Positions 26,357 through 37,042 are shown, counted from the stretch's first letter. The stretch: 64,000 nucleotides of DNA from Acidimicrobiia bacterium (GCA_040878325.1 JBBDMM010000002.1:62001-126000); one strand, 5' to 3'. Made by a program: numbers and translations. The notes: a model not told the origin generated them from the letters alone.

Positions 26357-27656
26357 GGATCAGGCCCAAGTCTCCCAACACCTTCTCGATGCGACCGCTG
26401 CCGTTGCCGGTGGGGCCGATGGCGATCGAGAGGCCGAGGCGCTTGGCTTCCGCCGACCGATGCTCGCCGTGGGCGACGGCCCTGATCTCACCCGTAAGGC
26501 CCACCTCGCCCCATGCCGCTACCGATCCGATGCTGCGGCCGAGCAGCGACGAGGCGAGGGCGATGCACACCGGCAGATCGGCGCCCGGGTCGCGAACTCG
26601 GAGGCCGCCGACGACGCTCACATAGACATCCATCGTGGCGAATGAAAGCCCGGCGTGGCGTTCGAGCACCGCCAGCACCTGATGCACCCGCGCCGCTTCG
26701 ATGCCCTTGACCGACCGGCGCGGCTGCGGCAGGCCGCCGGCCGCCACCAGCGCCTGCACCTCGACCAGAAGCGGGCGTCGCCCATCAATGGCCGGGAATA
26801 CCACGCTTCCGGGGACGTCTCCCAACTGGGCCGAGAGCAGCAGACCGGCCGGATCGGTCACCTCGGCCATGCCCGATTCCCGCATTTCGAAGAGCCCCAC
26901 CTGATGGGTGGCGCCGAACCGGTTCTTGAGGCTGCGGAGCACCCGCAGACCTCGCTCGAGATCGCCCTCAAGGTAAAGCACCACATCGACAGTGTGCTCG
27001 AGCAACTTCGGCCCGGCGATGGATCCGTCCTTGGTCACATGGCCCACCAGCACCACCGGAACACCGGACTCCTTGGCGGCATTGATCAACCTCGCAGCAG
27101 ACTCGCGGACCTGGGCAACTCCGCCGGGCGCGCCCCCGACCTCCCGGGCGGCGACCGTCTGGATCGAATCGACGATGAGCAGGTCAGGCAGCGTCTCCAG
27201 TGTCGCCTCGACGATCGCATCGACGTCGCGTTCCGCCGTCAACAGCACCCCGTCGGCGGCGACACCCAGCCGCCTCGCTCGCAGTCCGATCTGGTCGAGA
27301 GACTCCTCGGCCGAAGCCACCAGTGACCGGCCACCTCCGGCGACCACCGAGGCCGCCACCTGGAGCAGGAGAGTCGACTTGCCCACGCCAGGCTCGCCTC
27401 CCACGAGGATGGCGGCACCTGGGACCAATCCGCCGCCGAGAACCCGATCGACCTCGCCGATCCCCACCGGGGTTCGCACCGGCGCCGACTCGCCGAGGTC
27501 GCCCATCGTCACCACCCGGGCGCGATGCCGGGCACCCTTCGCAGACGAGCGCGTTGCCGAGTCGACCATGGTGAGGGCGCCGTCGGCACGGCACTGGGGG
27601 CAGAACCCCATCCACTTGGGGCTCTCGTACGCGCAGACGTCGCAGCGGTATCTCAT
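26310..27656 (-). CDS. radA: DNA repair protein RadA/Sms
   Basis: C4 zinc finger CDVC...CPQC, GEPGVGKST, KNRFG motif, Lon-like C-terminal domain. Confidence 0.97.
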   Translation of the reverse strand: MRYRCDVCAYESPKWMGFCPQCRADGALTMVDSATRSSAKGARHRARVVTMGDLGESAPVRTPVGIGEVDRVLGGGLVPGAAILVGGEPGVGKSTLLLQVAASVVAGGGRSLVASAEESLDQIGLRARRLGVAADGVLLTAERDVDAIVEATLETLPDLLIVDSIQTVAAREVGGAPGGVAQVRESAARLINAAKESGVPVVLVGHVTKDGSIAGPKLLEHTVDVVLYLEGDLERGLRVLRSLKNRFGATHQVGLFEMRESGMAEVTDPAGLLLSAQLGDVPGSVVFPAIDGRRPLLVEVQALVAAGGLPQPRRSVKGIEAARVHQVLAVLERHAGLSFATMDVYVSVVGGLRVRDPGADLPVCIALASSLLGRSIGSVAAWGEVGLTGEIRAVAHGEHRSAEAKRLGLSIAIGPTGNGSGRIEKVLGDLGLIRESRVKNQDKPAPGS

Positions 27657-27665
27657 CTACAGAGC

Positions 27666-27687
27666 AGATTATCGGCGAGGTATGACG
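27666..27687 (-). promoter_or_regulatory. PafBC/RecA-NDp-like promoter of radA
   Basis: Minus strand CGTCAT-ACCTCGCCGA-TAATCT, 9 nt before ATG; shares GTCAyACC with both HNH promoters. Confidence 0.55.
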
Positions 27688-27714
27688 AGGTCCCCGGGGT
27701 GGGGGGAGCGGCAG

Positions 27715-27855
27715 CTACTTGCCCGCCGATCGTGACATGGCGAAGACGATCAGCCCCACCGCCAGGGCGAACAGCACCTCCGCCCCGATCACGTTGGGGA
27801 CGGTCCACGCCTCGGTTCCGGTTATTGCCGGGTGAATCGGTGCGATCTTTGCCAT
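27715..27855 (-). CDS. Putative small single-TM protein (46 aa; alternative GTG start at 27792 gives 25 aa)
   Basis: TATTGT -10 box 7 nt before ATG; hydrophobic VIGAEVLFALAVGLIVFAM followed by basic SRSAGK. Confidence 0.4.
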   Translation of the reverse strand: MAKIAPIHPAITGTEAWTVPNVIGAEVLFALAVGLIVFAMSRSAGK

Positions 27856-27907
27856 CCGTGGCACAATAACCCCGCCCGGGCGACGCCCTGTCACCCCGGT
27901 TACACCA

Positions 27908-28813
27908 ATGGACGACGAATCCCTCGACACCTTCGACGACCTCTTCGAGCCGTTCGGGCTCGGAGGGGAACCCCACGACGGCACCCCCGCCCCTGCAGGC
28001 AGGGCCCCCCGGGAGACGGTCCCGGTGAGTTCCAACATGCCTGCCGACGACCCGGCGGCCCTCCGTGGGTCGAATACCTGTGCCTCGTGCGGCAGCCCGA
28101 ACGATCCGAGCAATCGCCATTGCGATCGATGCGGGGCCCGGATCGTCCGGTCGCAGATGCCGGTGGCGCCTCAGCCAATGCTGCGAACCACTGCAGGGGC
28201 GCGGGCGCTGATCGTGCTCGCCGGGGTGGTGCTGTTCGTGGCGATGCTTGCTCTCGTGTTCAACGCGTTGAGCGGGTCCGACGATCCCGTCGTCGGATCG
28301 ACCAGCACCGTCGGCTCCACCGCCCCGGTGGCCACGATCGCCCCGTTGACGCCGTTCCACATCGAATGCAGCACAGAACTGGCGTCGTTCCCGTGCACGG
28401 CACTTATCGACGGCGATCCGGACACCTCGTGGAACGCCGCCGAGGGAGAAGGGATCAACGCCACGATCACCTTCTTCTTCAACCCCGCCGTGCAGATCAC
28501 CGAAATGATCATCCAGAACGTCGCCGACCAAGAACGCTTCCTGCGCAACCAGCGGATCCAGGGAATCGAGGTGAGCATCGACGACCTGCAGCAGGTCCAC
28601 GTCGAGCAACTGGCCGACAGCAATGCCGAGCCGCACCGCATCGAGATCCGCAGCCTGCAGACCTCCAGCGTGGTGATCCGCATCACCAGCGCCTATCCGG
28701 GACAATCATTCGATGGTAGGGAGCCGTACCCGGAGCTGGCGGTTCAAGAAATCACCTTCTACGGCCGCCCCTCCCCCAGCGCGACGCCGAGCACCAGCAC
28801 CACGGGGGGATAA
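27908..28813 (+). CDS. Zinc-ribbon + TM + extracellular discoidin/galactose-binding-like domain protein
   Basis: CASC...CDRC, TM ALIVLAGVVLFVAML, LIDGDPDTSW...EGEG...ELAVQEITFYG. Confidence 0.7.
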   Translation: MDDESLDTFDDLFEPFGLGGEPHDGTPAPAGRAPRETVPVSSNMPADDPAALRGSNTCASCGSPNDPSNRHCDRCGARIVRSQMPVAPQPMLRTTAGARALIVLAGVVLFVAMLALVFNALSGSDDPVVGSTSTVGSTAPVATIAPLTPFHIECSTELASFPCTALIDGDPDTSWNAAEGEGINATITFFFNPAVQITEMIIQNVADQERFLRNQRIQGIEVSIDDLQQVHVEQLADSNAEPHRIEIRSLQTSSVVIRITSAYPGQSFDGREPYPELAVQEITFYGRPSPSATPSTSTTGG

Positions 28814-28875
28814 GAAGAGAGTCAAGAATCAAGAACCAAGAATGCGCGATTCTTGCTCTTGACTCTTGGCTCTTC
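28814..28875. repeat. TCAAGAA/TCTTGAC inverted heptamer repeat between convergent genes
   Basis: gaagagagtcaagaatcaagaaccaagaat-gcgcg-attcttgctcttgactcttggctcttc. Confidence 0.85.
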
Positions 28876-28901
28876 CGCTCGCCCCGCTCAGGCGGGGCGG
28901 T

Positions 28902-30173
28902 TCAGAGCTCCTGACCCTTTTCGTACGGTCTGCCGTCGGCGGCGGGCATGCGGAGGCGCTGCCCGGCGAACACCAGGACGATCAGCACCGTGGCGAACGG
29001 CAGTGCGTTCGGAAGCCACGACGGCGCGGTCTCGGTCAACAGATACCAGATCAGGAATCCGGCGGCCATGCCGCCGGCAAGGAGGGCATCGACTCGCTTC
29101 CCCTTGCGGATCGACAAAACCAGCATGGCCGCCAACCCGACCACGATCAGCAACAAAAGGGCATGGGTCGAGCGACCGTCGAGATCCCGTAGCGCGGTAC
29201 CGAAGGGATATCCGAACAGGAAAGCCGCAATCAGAATGCCCCCCGGGCGCCAGTTGCCGAAGATCAGTGCCGCCAGCCCGATGTATCCGCGGCCCTGCAC
29301 CTGCCCCTCCCGGTAGAACCCGGTCAGCTCCATTGCGATGAAGGCACCGCCGAGGCCCGAGAGGGCTCCGCTGATGATCACGCCCTTGTACTTCTGCCAG
29401 TAGATATTGACGCCCAGCGACTCGCCCGCGGTGGGGTGCTCGCCGGCGATGCGGAGCCGCAGCCCGAACCGGGTCTTCCATACCAGCCACGCGGTAGCGG
29501 GCACCATCGCCAGCGTCAGCAGCGCGAAGATCGTGACACCGGCGACGAATCCCCGCGCGAAGCTGGCCATGTCCGAGAGCCAGAAGATGTCCCAGCGGTC
29601 GATCACCCCGAGGATGTCGGGGGTCTTCCACCCAAAGAGGTCCCCTCCGGCGAGGAATGGGAGGGTGACCGTGCCGAGACCGGAGATCGAAGGCGATTGG
29701 GTGATCGAGCCGCCCGAGTAGTTGACGAAGAGCTCCGACGACATGAACCGGACAACGCCGGGGGCGAGGATGTTGATCGCGACGCCGGAGACGATGTGAT
29801 CGACCTTGAAGGTCACCGTGGCGATGGCGTGAACCAGTCCGCCCAGCGCCCCGCCCACCAACCCGTAGGCAAGACCCATCCAAGGACCACCTTGGATCAC
29901 TCCCCACGCCCCGAACCAGGTGCCCAGCACCATCATCCCTTCGAGGCCGATGTTGACCACCCCGGCCCGCTCCGAATAGAGGCCACCGAGACCGGCGAGC
30001 AGGATCGGCATTCCCCAGCGCAGCATCGCCCCCGATGCGTTCTGCGAAGTCAGGCGCTCGAGACCGCCCGGTTCGAATGCCTGCACCGCCGACAACACCA
30101 GGATCCCCAACGCGGCGGCCAATCCATAGCGCATCCAGCCGGGAAGGGCGCCAAATCTTCGCGCCATCGTCAT
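28902..30173 (-). CDS. Nucleoside (BMP-type) ABC transporter permease
   Basis: SERAGVVNIGLEGMM, GLRLRIAGEHP.A, GRGYIGLAALIFGNWRP. Confidence 0.9.
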   Translation of the reverse strand: MTMARRFGALPGWMRYGLAAALGILVLSAVQAFEPGGLERLTSQNASGAMLRWGMPILLAGLGGLYSERAGVVNIGLEGMMVLGTWFGAWGVIQGGPWMGLAYGLVGGALGGLVHAIATVTFKVDHIVSGVAINILAPGVVRFMSSELFVNYSGGSITQSPSISGLGTVTLPFLAGGDLFGWKTPDILGVIDRWDIFWLSDMASFARGFVAGVTIFALLTLAMVPATAWLVWKTRFGLRLRIAGEHPTAGESLGVNIYWQKYKGVIISGALSGLGGAFIAMELTGFYREGQVQGRGYIGLAALIFGNWRPGGILIAAFLFGYPFGTALRDLDGRSTHALLLLIVVGLAAMLVLSIRKGKRVDALLAGGMAAGFLIWYLLTETAPSWLPNALPFATVLIVLVFAGQRLRMPAADGRPYEKGQEL

Positions 30174-31345
30174 GCGCCCTCCTCCAACGCCGCCAGGGCG
30201 GCGGCCGCATGCCGGGTTTCCTCGCGCTCGCGGAACCGTCGAACCGACTCATAGGCGACCACCGCGGCGAGCAGGATGATGCCCTGCATGATGATGACGA
30301 TCTCGCGCGTCGCCGACCCGGTGATCTGCAGGATCGGTGATGAGACATCCATGAACGCGAACAGCATCGCCCCGATGGCTATCCCGACCGCATGGTTCCG
30401 TCCCAACAACGCCACGGCAATGCCGGCGAACCCGAGGCCGGGAAGGAAGTCGGCGTCGAAGCGGTGATTGCGGCTCAGGATGTCGACCATTCCCACGAGG
30501 CCAGCCATCGCCCCGGAGTAGACCATCGCCATCACGATCATCCGCCTGGCCGACACACCTCCCGCCCGGGCGGCGCCGGGGTTATAGCCGCTCACCCGGA
30601 GGTCGAAGCCGAGCCGGGTTCGGTTCAGAAAGACGTGGAAGACGATGCCGGCGACAATGGCGAGGATGACGACCGAGGACAGGTGGCGGCCTCCTGCGAT
30701 GGGTCGGGTGAAGATTTCGAGAAGTCCGTTGAGGTCGGGCAGCCGCCCCGACGCCGGAATGAACTTGGTGCCCGAGTTGGGGGTGAGGGGGCCGTCACGG
30801 AGCTCCACCGCCAGCCAGGCGATGATCCCGCCGATCGCAATGAAGTTGAGCATGATCGTCGAAATGACCTCGTTGACCCCGCGGGCCACCTTCAGCCAGC
30901 CCGAGAGCCCCGACCACGCTGCCCCCACCAGCATCGCCACCAGCACGATCATCGTCACGTGGAGGAGAGCCGGGAGGACGATGTTGGCCCCGATCACCGC
31001 GGCAAAGAAGGCCGCCAGCTGATACTGCCCTTCGACGCCGATATTGAAGAGGTTCATGCGAAACCCGATCGCGGCGGCGATGCCCGACAGGTAGAGCGGC
31101 GTTGCCCGATTGATCATGTCGACGATCGTCTCGAGGCGTCCTCCGTTGCGGATCATGTCCCAGTAGGCCGCCACAGGGTCGCTCCCCGACATGATGAGGA
31201 CGATCGACGAAAGAAACACCGCAAACGCCACGGCGATTGCCGGCGCCGCCAGCGCGAGAAGCGCCCGCCTCCCCAGGCCGGAGATTCCGCGTCCCGGAGG
31301 GCGTGGCGGCTTGGTGGGCGAATGGGGCTGAGGGGACTCGGTCAT
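30170..31345 (-). CDS. Nucleoside (BMP-type) ABC transporter permease
   Basis: LFNIGVEGQ, NEVISTIMLN, GFAGIAVALLGRNH. Confidence 0.9.
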   Translation of the reverse strand: MTESPQPHSPTKPPRPPGRGISGLGRRALLALAAPAIAVAFAVFLSSIVLIMSGSDPVAAYWDMIRNGGRLETIVDMINRATPLYLSGIAAAIGFRMNLFNIGVEGQYQLAAFFAAVIGANIVLPALLHVTMIVLVAMLVGAAWSGLSGWLKVARGVNEVISTIMLNFIAIGGIIAWLAVELRDGPLTPNSGTKFIPASGRLPDLNGLLEIFTRPIAGGRHLSSVVILAIVAGIVFHVFLNRTRLGFDLRVSGYNPGAARAGGVSARRMIVMAMVYSGAMAGLVGMVDILSRNHRFDADFLPGLGFAGIAVALLGRNHAVGIAIGAMLFAFMDVSSPILQITGSATREIVIIMQGIILLAAVVAYESVRRFREREETRHAAAALAALEEGA

Positions 31346-32868
31346 TCGCGGCCCCCGCCGAGCGCGGCTCCGGTCATGTACGACCCGAGGTCACGCGGGG
31401 TCACCTTCTCGGGATCAAGCGTCGCCACGATCTTCCCGCGGAGCATCACCACGATCGTGTCGGAAAGGCCGATGAGCTCCTCGAGGTCGGCCGACACCAA
31501 CACCGTGGCCAGCCCGGCGTGGCGAGCCCGACGAAGATCGTTCCAGACGTCTGCCTGGGCGCCGACGTCGATTCCCCGGGTGGGGTGGGCGGCGATGAGG
31601 ATGTCGGGGTTGGAGGCCATCTCCCGGCCGACGATCAGCTTCTGTTGGTTGCCTCCTGACAGCGCGTGGGCCGCCACATAGATGTTCGGAGTCCGCACAT
31701 CGAACGAATCGACGATCTCACGGGTGCGGATACGCGCACCCGCACGGTCGAACCAGATGCCTTTCACGAATGGTCGCGTCGTCTGATGGCCGAGGGCCGT
31801 GTTCTCCCACAACGGTGCCTGCAGCAGCAGCCCCTCACGCTGGCGATCTTGCGGCACATAGGCGAGACCGTTCTCGCGACGCCGCCGTACCGTCCACAGG
31901 GTGGCGTCTTCGCCCTTGTACTCGATGGAGCCCCGCGTCGGCACTCTCGTGCCCACCAACGCGTCGATCAACTCGGTCTGACCGTTGCCTTCTATGCCGG
32001 CGATCCCCAGGATCTCTCCGCGGTGGACGTTGAACGAGACATCGTCGACCACAACGCGTTCACCGTCGTCGAGCACCGTCAGTCCCTGCACCGAAATCGC
32101 CCTCACATCGGTGACGGTCGATTCCTCCGTGTCGGGCTTGGGGAGCTCCGAGCCGACCATCAACTCCGCCAGGTCGGCGGCCGTGACGTCTTCTGGCTTC
32201 ACGGTCGCCACGGTGCGCCCTTGCCGCAGCACCGTGATCGTGTCGGCAACCGCCAGGATCTCTTCCAGCTTGTGGTTGATGAAGAGGATCGTCGACCCGG
32301 CTTCCTTCAACTCCCGAAGGTTGCGGAAGAGCTCTTCGACCTCCTGGGGCACGAGCACCGCGGTCGGCTCGTCGAGGATGAGGACTTTGGCGCCGCGATA
32401 CAGCACCTTGATGATCTCGACGCGCTGCCGCTCGCCGACCGAGAGGCTCTCGACCAGTTCGTCCGCCTCGACCTCGAGGCCGTATGCCTCGCTCACCCGA
32501 GCTAGATCCTGGCGGGCCTTGTCGAAGTCGATTCGCCCCATCGCCTTCATGGGCTCGTCACCGAGAATCACGTTCTCCAGCACCGTGAGCTGGTCGGCGA
32601 GCATGAAGTGTTGGTGCAGCATCCCGATGCCGAGGTCGATGGCATCACTCGGGGACTTGAAGTGAACCTCTTTGCCCTCGACGAACATCTGGCCCTCGTC
32701 GGCCTGAAGCATGCCGTAGAGGATCTTCATCAGGGTCGACTTTCCGGCCCCGTTCTCGCCACAGATGCCGTGGATCTCCCCCTGTTCCACCACCAGGGAA
32801 ACGCGGTCGTTGGCGACGACACCGGGGAACCGCTTGGAGATACCCCTCAACTCGATGACGACCGCCAC
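31342..32868 (-). CDS. Sugar/nucleoside ABC transporter ATP-binding protein (two NBDs)
   Basis: GENGAGKST, LSVGERQRVEI, ILDEPT, LSGGNQQK, PTRGIDVGA. Confidence 0.95.
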   Translation of the reverse strand: MAVVIELRGISKRFPGVVANDRVSLVVEQGEIHGICGENGAGKSTLMKILYGMLQADEGQMFVEGKEVHFKSPSDAIDLGIGMLHQHFMLADQLTVLENVILGDEPMKAMGRIDFDKARQDLARVSEAYGLEVEADELVESLSVGERQRVEIIKVLYRGAKVLILDEPTAVLVPQEVEELFRNLRELKEAGSTILFINHKLEEILAVADTITVLRQGRTVATVKPEDVTAADLAELMVGSELPKPDTEESTVTDVRAISVQGLTVLDDGERVVVDDVSFNVHRGEILGIAGIEGNGQTELIDALVGTRVPTRGSIEYKGEDATLWTVRRRRENGLAYVPQDRQREGLLLQAPLWENTALGHQTTRPFVKGIWFDRAGARIRTREIVDSFDVRTPNIYVAAHALSGGNQQKLIVGREMASNPDILIAAHPTRGIDVGAQADVWNDLRRARHAGLATVLVSADLEELIGLSDTIVVMLRGKIVATLDPEKVTPRDLGSYMTGAALGGGRE

Positions 32869-32896
32869 TGACCCTCCCCAAGCCGGTGTCAGACGA

Positions 32897-32933
32897 ACGA
32901 AGCGGGACCGAGCCTAGCCCGGTCCCGCTTCGT
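32897..32933 (-). terminator. 14-bp stem hairpin between the BMP lipoprotein and ATPase genes (terminator or mRNA stabiliser)
   Basis: ACGAAGCGGGACCG pairs with CGGTCCCGCTTCGT around a 9-nt loop. Confidence 0.65.
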
Positions 32934-32968
32934 CACGCGTAGCTACGCGTGAACCGCCTCTCGGCGGC

Positions 32969-34189
32969 TTACGCGTCTTCCGGCAGCGTCGGAACGACGA
33001 TCTCGCCGGAGATGATCATGGCCTTGAAGGCCTCGACCTGGTCGACGATGTCGTCGATGAAGCCACCGGTCGTGGAGTACCCCACACCGTCCACCGCGAG
33101 GTTGTACTCGGTCGGACCAGCGGTGAAGTTCCCCGTCAGGTGGTCGTAGATGGCGTAGAACACGGCCACATCGACCCGCTTGATCATCGAGGTCAGCACG
33201 TAGGGGCGCAGCGTCGCATCGACCGTGTTGTACTGGTCGGAGTCGACCCCGATGCCCCACACCTGCGAACCCGTAGCCTCGCTCTGCTCCTTGGCAGCGG
33301 CGAACATACCCGAGCCGGAGAGGCCGGCAGCGGCGTACACGATGTCGGCACCCTCGTCGTACATCGCCAGGGCGATCTCACGACCACGGTCCGGCGACTC
33401 GAACCCGGCAAAGTCCGGGAACTCGCTGATGTACTGAGAGAGGACCTGGATGTCGGGGTTCACGGCACGAGCACCGGCAAGGAAGCCAGCCTCGAACTTC
33501 TCGATGAGTCCGATACCACTGACGCCACCGATGAAACCGATGATGTCGGTCTCGGTCTTCAGTGCGGCAATGACACCGACGAGGAACGAGCCCTCGTGCT
33601 CCGCGAACACCATGCCGCGAGCGTTGTCGCAATATGGCGCCGGCGGATCGAGCGCAAAGTTCAACATGCCGGAGTCGGTGATCGCGAAGTCGACATCGGG
33701 GTTGTTCTCGCACACCGCCGGGAAAGCAGCCTCGAACGAGAAGCCGTTACCGATGACGATCGACGAGTTCTCGGCCTGCAGCTGCAGGTCGGTCGCGCGG
33801 GCAGCGGCGTCCGTCGGAGTGATCTCCGAGGCCGTCACGCTGAAGTAGAACCGCGCCCAGTCGACACCGCAGCCAGCGGCGTCGTTGAACGACTGGTCGC
33901 CTCGGCCGAGCAGGTCGAACGTCAAGCCAACATTCGTGCCTCTGCCCTCCGCCACCGCTTCGGCGGCGCCGAGAATCTCCGGACAGAAGTCGGGAACGAT
34001 CACCTCCGGCCGAGGGGCCGAGGTGGTCGTGTCTTCACCGCCATCGGTCGTCGTGGTCCCGGCCGCGGTCGTCGTCGTCGCGGCGGCGCCAGTAGAGCTG
34101 GTGGTGGTCGCGTCGTCGTCACCGCAGGCGGCGACTACCAGGAGGAATGCCGCGAGGAGCGCGGCGATACCCCAGTGTCTCTTCAACAT
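32969..34189 (-). CDS. BMP-family (PnrA/TmpC) ABC substrate-binding lipoprotein
   Basis: Lipobox VAA-C, Thr-rich linker, GDQSFN, FAEHEGSFLVG, IGVDSDQY, TSMIKRVD. Confidence 0.92.
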   Translation of the reverse strand: MLKRHWGIAALLAAFLLVVAACGDDDATTTSSTGAAATTTTAAGTTTTDGGEDTTTSAPRPEVIVPDFCPEILGAAEAVAEGRGTNVGLTFDLLGRGDQSFNDAAGCGVDWARFYFSVTASEITPTDAAARATDLQLQAENSSIVIGNGFSFEAAFPAVCENNPDVDFAITDSGMLNFALDPPAPYCDNARGMVFAEHEGSFLVGVIAALKTETDIIGFIGGVSGIGLIEKFEAGFLAGARAVNPDIQVLSQYISEFPDFAGFESPDRGREIALAMYDEGADIVYAAAGLSGSGMFAAAKEQSEATGSQVWGIGVDSDQYNTVDATLRPYVLTSMIKRVDVAVFYAIYDHLTGNFTAGPTEYNLAVDGVGYSTTGGFIDDIVDQVEAFKAMIISGEIVVPTLPEDA

Positions 34190-34279
34190 GAGTGTGATCT
34201 CCTATGCATAGTGATGGCCGGGCCTCTGGACAAGGCCGGCGCATGGGTCAGTGTAGGGGAAGGGACCTCGCTGCGCTCG

Positions 34280-34410
34280 GCCCCAGCCACCGCTACAGCC
34301 CCAGCCAGACCTGGCCAGACACGTCCGGGCTAGCCCGGTAACCGCATTCTGGCTGGAGCCGTGGCTCGAGGCCGTGGCTCCTTCTGGAGACTGGAGACTG
34401 GGGACTGGAG
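34280..34410. repeat. Second copy (inverted) of the composite hexamer/heptamer element
   Basis: 32-bp exact match to 19387-19418, plus ctggctggagccgtggct and ctggagactggagactggggactgg. Confidence 0.85.
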
Positions 34411-34415
34411 GCTCT

Positions 34416-36929
34416 TTACCCCTCGCTGTCGGCCATCTCCACGGGGGGTTGGTCGGGCGCCTCGATGCGGGTGAAGCTGATCTGCTCGGGGTCGTCGGGG
34501 TCGACGTCCACCAGAATCGTGGTGTTGGCGGTGAATTCGCCGAACAGCACCTTCTCGGAGAGCTGGTCCTCGAGCATCCGCTGCAGGGCGCGGCGCAACG
34601 GCCGGGCACCCAGCTGCGGGTCGTAGCCCTTGCTGCCCAGGAGCGCCTTCGCCTCATCGGTGAGCACGAGATCGAGCGCCTGCGACTTCAACTGCTCGCG
34701 AATCCGCACCAGCATCAGGTCGACGATCGACTTGACCTCGTCCATCGTCAGCTCGTGGAAGACGATGACCTCGTCGATCCTGTTGAGGAACTCAGGCCGG
34801 AACTGCTTCTTCAGTGCCTCAGTGACCTTCTCCTTGATACGGTCGTAGGACAGTTCCTCGGACTCACTGGCGAACCCGATCGCCTTCCGCTTGAGATCCT
34901 GGGTGCCGAGGTTCGAGGTCATGATGATCACGGTGTTCTTGAAGTCGACCGTGCGACCCTGGGCATCGGTGAGCCTGCCGTCCTCGAGGATCTGGAGAAG
35001 CGTGTTGAACACGTCCGGATGGGCCTTCTCGATCTCGTCGAACAGCACCACCGAGAACGGCTTGCGGCGAACGGCCTCGGTCAACTGCCCACCCTCGTCG
35101 TAGCCGACGTATCCCGGCGGCGATCCGATGAGGCGGCTGACGGTGTGCTTCTCCATGTATTCGGACATGTCGAGCTGGATCAGTGCGTTCTCGTTCCCGA
35201 ACAGGAACTCGGCGAGGGCCTTGGCGGTCTCGGTCTTTCCGACGCCGGACGGACCGAGGAAGATGAACGAACCGGCAGGGCGCTTCGGGTCCTTGAGCCC
35301 GGCGCGGGTCCGGCGAATGGCCCGACTCACGGCCTGGATGGCCTCGTGCTGGCCGACGATGCGCTTATGGAGTTCGTCCTCCATCCGCAACAGCTTGGCG
35401 GTCTCGGCCTCGGTGAGGCTCTGCACCGGGATGCCGGTCCACTGGGCCAGCACTTCGGCGATCTGCTCTTCGCCGATGATCGAGCCGACGACATCGTTGG
35501 GGTCGGCACCGGCTGCCTCCATCTCGGACCGCTCCGTGACCAGGAGCCGCTCCTCGTCGCGCAGCTGGGCGGCGCGCTCGTACTGCTGGTCCTGTACTGC
35601 GGTGTCCTTGCGGGAACGGACATCGGTGAGTCGCTCCTCGAGCGACTCGAGCTCGGGGGTGCCGGGCTTCCGGTTGATCCGCATGCGGCTGCCGGCCTCA
35701 TCGATGAGGTCGATCGCCTTGTCCGGCAGTTGACGGTCGGCGATGTAACGGTCGGCAAGGTTGGCGGCGGACACCAGCGCCTGGTCGGTGTATGACGCCC
35801 GGTGGTGTGCCTCATACTTCTCGCGCAGCCCGGTGAGGATCTGAATGGTCTCGGCAACCGTCGGTTCCTCGACCTGAATCGGCTGGAAGCGACGTTCCAG
35901 CGCCGAGTCCTTCTCGAGGTACTTGCGGTACTCCTCGAGGGTGGTCGCCCCGATCGTCTGCAGCTCGCCGCGGGCCAGCATCGGCTTGAGGATGCTGGCG
36001 GCGTCGATGGCACCCTCGGCGGCGCCGGCGCCGACCAGGGTGTGGATCTCGTCGATGAAGAGAATGATGTCGCCGCGGGTGCGGATCTCCTTCAGGACCT
36101 TCTTCAGCCGTTCCTCGAAGTCGCCGCGGTACCGGGATCCGGCCACCAGCGCCCCGAGGTCGAGGGTATAGAGGTGCTTGCCGGTGAGGGTGCCGGGAAC
36201 GTCGCCGGCGACGATCCTCTGGGCAAGGCCCTCGACGATGGCCGTCTTCCCGACGCCGGGCTCGCCGATGAGCACCGGGTTGTTCTTGGTACGGCGCGAC
36301 AGGATCTGCATCACCCGCTCGATCTCTCGCTGGCGGCCGATCACCGGGTCGAGCTTGCGCTCGCGGGCGTACTGGGTGAGATTGCGGCCGAACTGGTCGA
36401 GCACCGTCGAACCACCGGCCCCCTCCGAGCCCCCACCGCGGCTGCTGCGGCCGGACGGACCCGAGGATTCGGACGATGACGGCTCGTCGCTCTGCGAACC
36501 CGAGAGAAGCTGGATGACGGTTTGGCGCACCTTGTGGAGCTCGGCGCCGAGCTTCTGGAGTACCTGGGCGGCGACGCCCTCACCCTCGCGGATGAGGCCA
36601 AGGAGGATGTGCTCGGTACCGATGTAGTTGTGGCCGAGCTGGAGGGCCTCGCGGAGGGAGAGCTCCAAGACCTTCTTGGCGCGTGGCGTGAAAGGTATGT
36701 GGCCGGAGGGAGCCTGAGCGCCCTGGCCGATGATCTCGACGACCTGGCTGCGAACCGACTCGAGGGAGATGCCGAGACTCTCGAGCGCGCGGGCGGCTAC
36801 ACCCTCACCCTCGTGGATCAACCCGAGAAGGATGTGCTCGGTGCCGATGTAGTTGTGGTTGAGGAGCCGAGCTTCCTCTTGGGCGAGAACGACCACTCGT
36901 CTCGCTCTATCGGTGAACCGTTCGAACAA
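34416..36929 (-). CDS. clpC: ATP-dependent Clp protease ATP-binding subunit ClpC
   Basis: [21 protein letters not shown], two Clp-N repeats, [11 protein letters not shown] domain, [18 protein letters not shown]. Confidence 0.97.
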   Translation of the reverse strand: MFERFTDRARRVVVLAQEEARLLNHNYIGTEHILLGLIHEGEGVAARALESLGISLESVRSQVVEIIGQGAQAPSGHIPFTPRAKKVLELSLREALQLGHNYIGTEHILLGLIREGEGVAAQVLQKLGAELHKVRQTVIQLLSGSQSDEPSSSESSGPSGRSSRGGGSEGAGGSTVLDQFGRNLTQYARERKLDPVIGRQREIERVMQILSRRTKNNPVLIGEPGVGKTAIVEGLAQRIVAGDVPGTLTGKHLYTLDLGALVAGSRYRGDFEERLKKVLKEIRTRGDIILFIDEIHTLVGAGAAEGAIDAASILKPMLARGELQTIGATTLEEYRKYLEKDSALERRFQPIQVEEPTVAETIQILTGLREKYEAHHRASYTDQALVSAANLADRYIADRQLPDKAIDLIDEAGSRMRINRKPGTPELESLEERLTDVRSRKDTAVQDQQYERAAQLRDEERLLVTERSEMEAAGADPNDVVGSIIGEEQIAEVLAQWTGIPVQSLTEAETAKLLRMEDELHKRIVGQHEAIQAVSRAIRRTRAGLKDPKRPAGSFIFLGPSGVGKTETAKALAEFLFGNENALIQLDMSEYMEKHTVSRLIGSPPGYVGYDEGGQLTEAVRRKPFSVVLFDEIEKAHPDVFNTLLQILEDGRLTDAQGRTVDFKNTVIIMTSNLGTQDLKRKAIGFASESEELSYDRIKEKVTEALKKQFRPEFLNRIDEVIVFHELTMDEVKSIVDLMLVRIREQLKSQALDLVLTDEAKALLGSKGYDPQLGARPLRRALQRMLEDQLSEKVLFGEFTANTTILVDVDPDDPEQISFTRIEAPDQPPVEMADSEG

Positions 36930-37042
36930 GGTCCCGTCTCCTTAGACGACGATGGCGCTCCAGGTGCAAACCCAAGGCGCCCCAGTGACTATACCGGCGA
37001 GCCTCATCAACAGGGATGAGCCATTGCGGATGCCAGGCATGT

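Noticed and set aside
27889..27910. TGTCAC upstream of the zinc-ribbon/discoidin gene as a fourth damage promoter
   Set aside because: Lacks ACC and has no YAnnnT at the 10-nt spacing.
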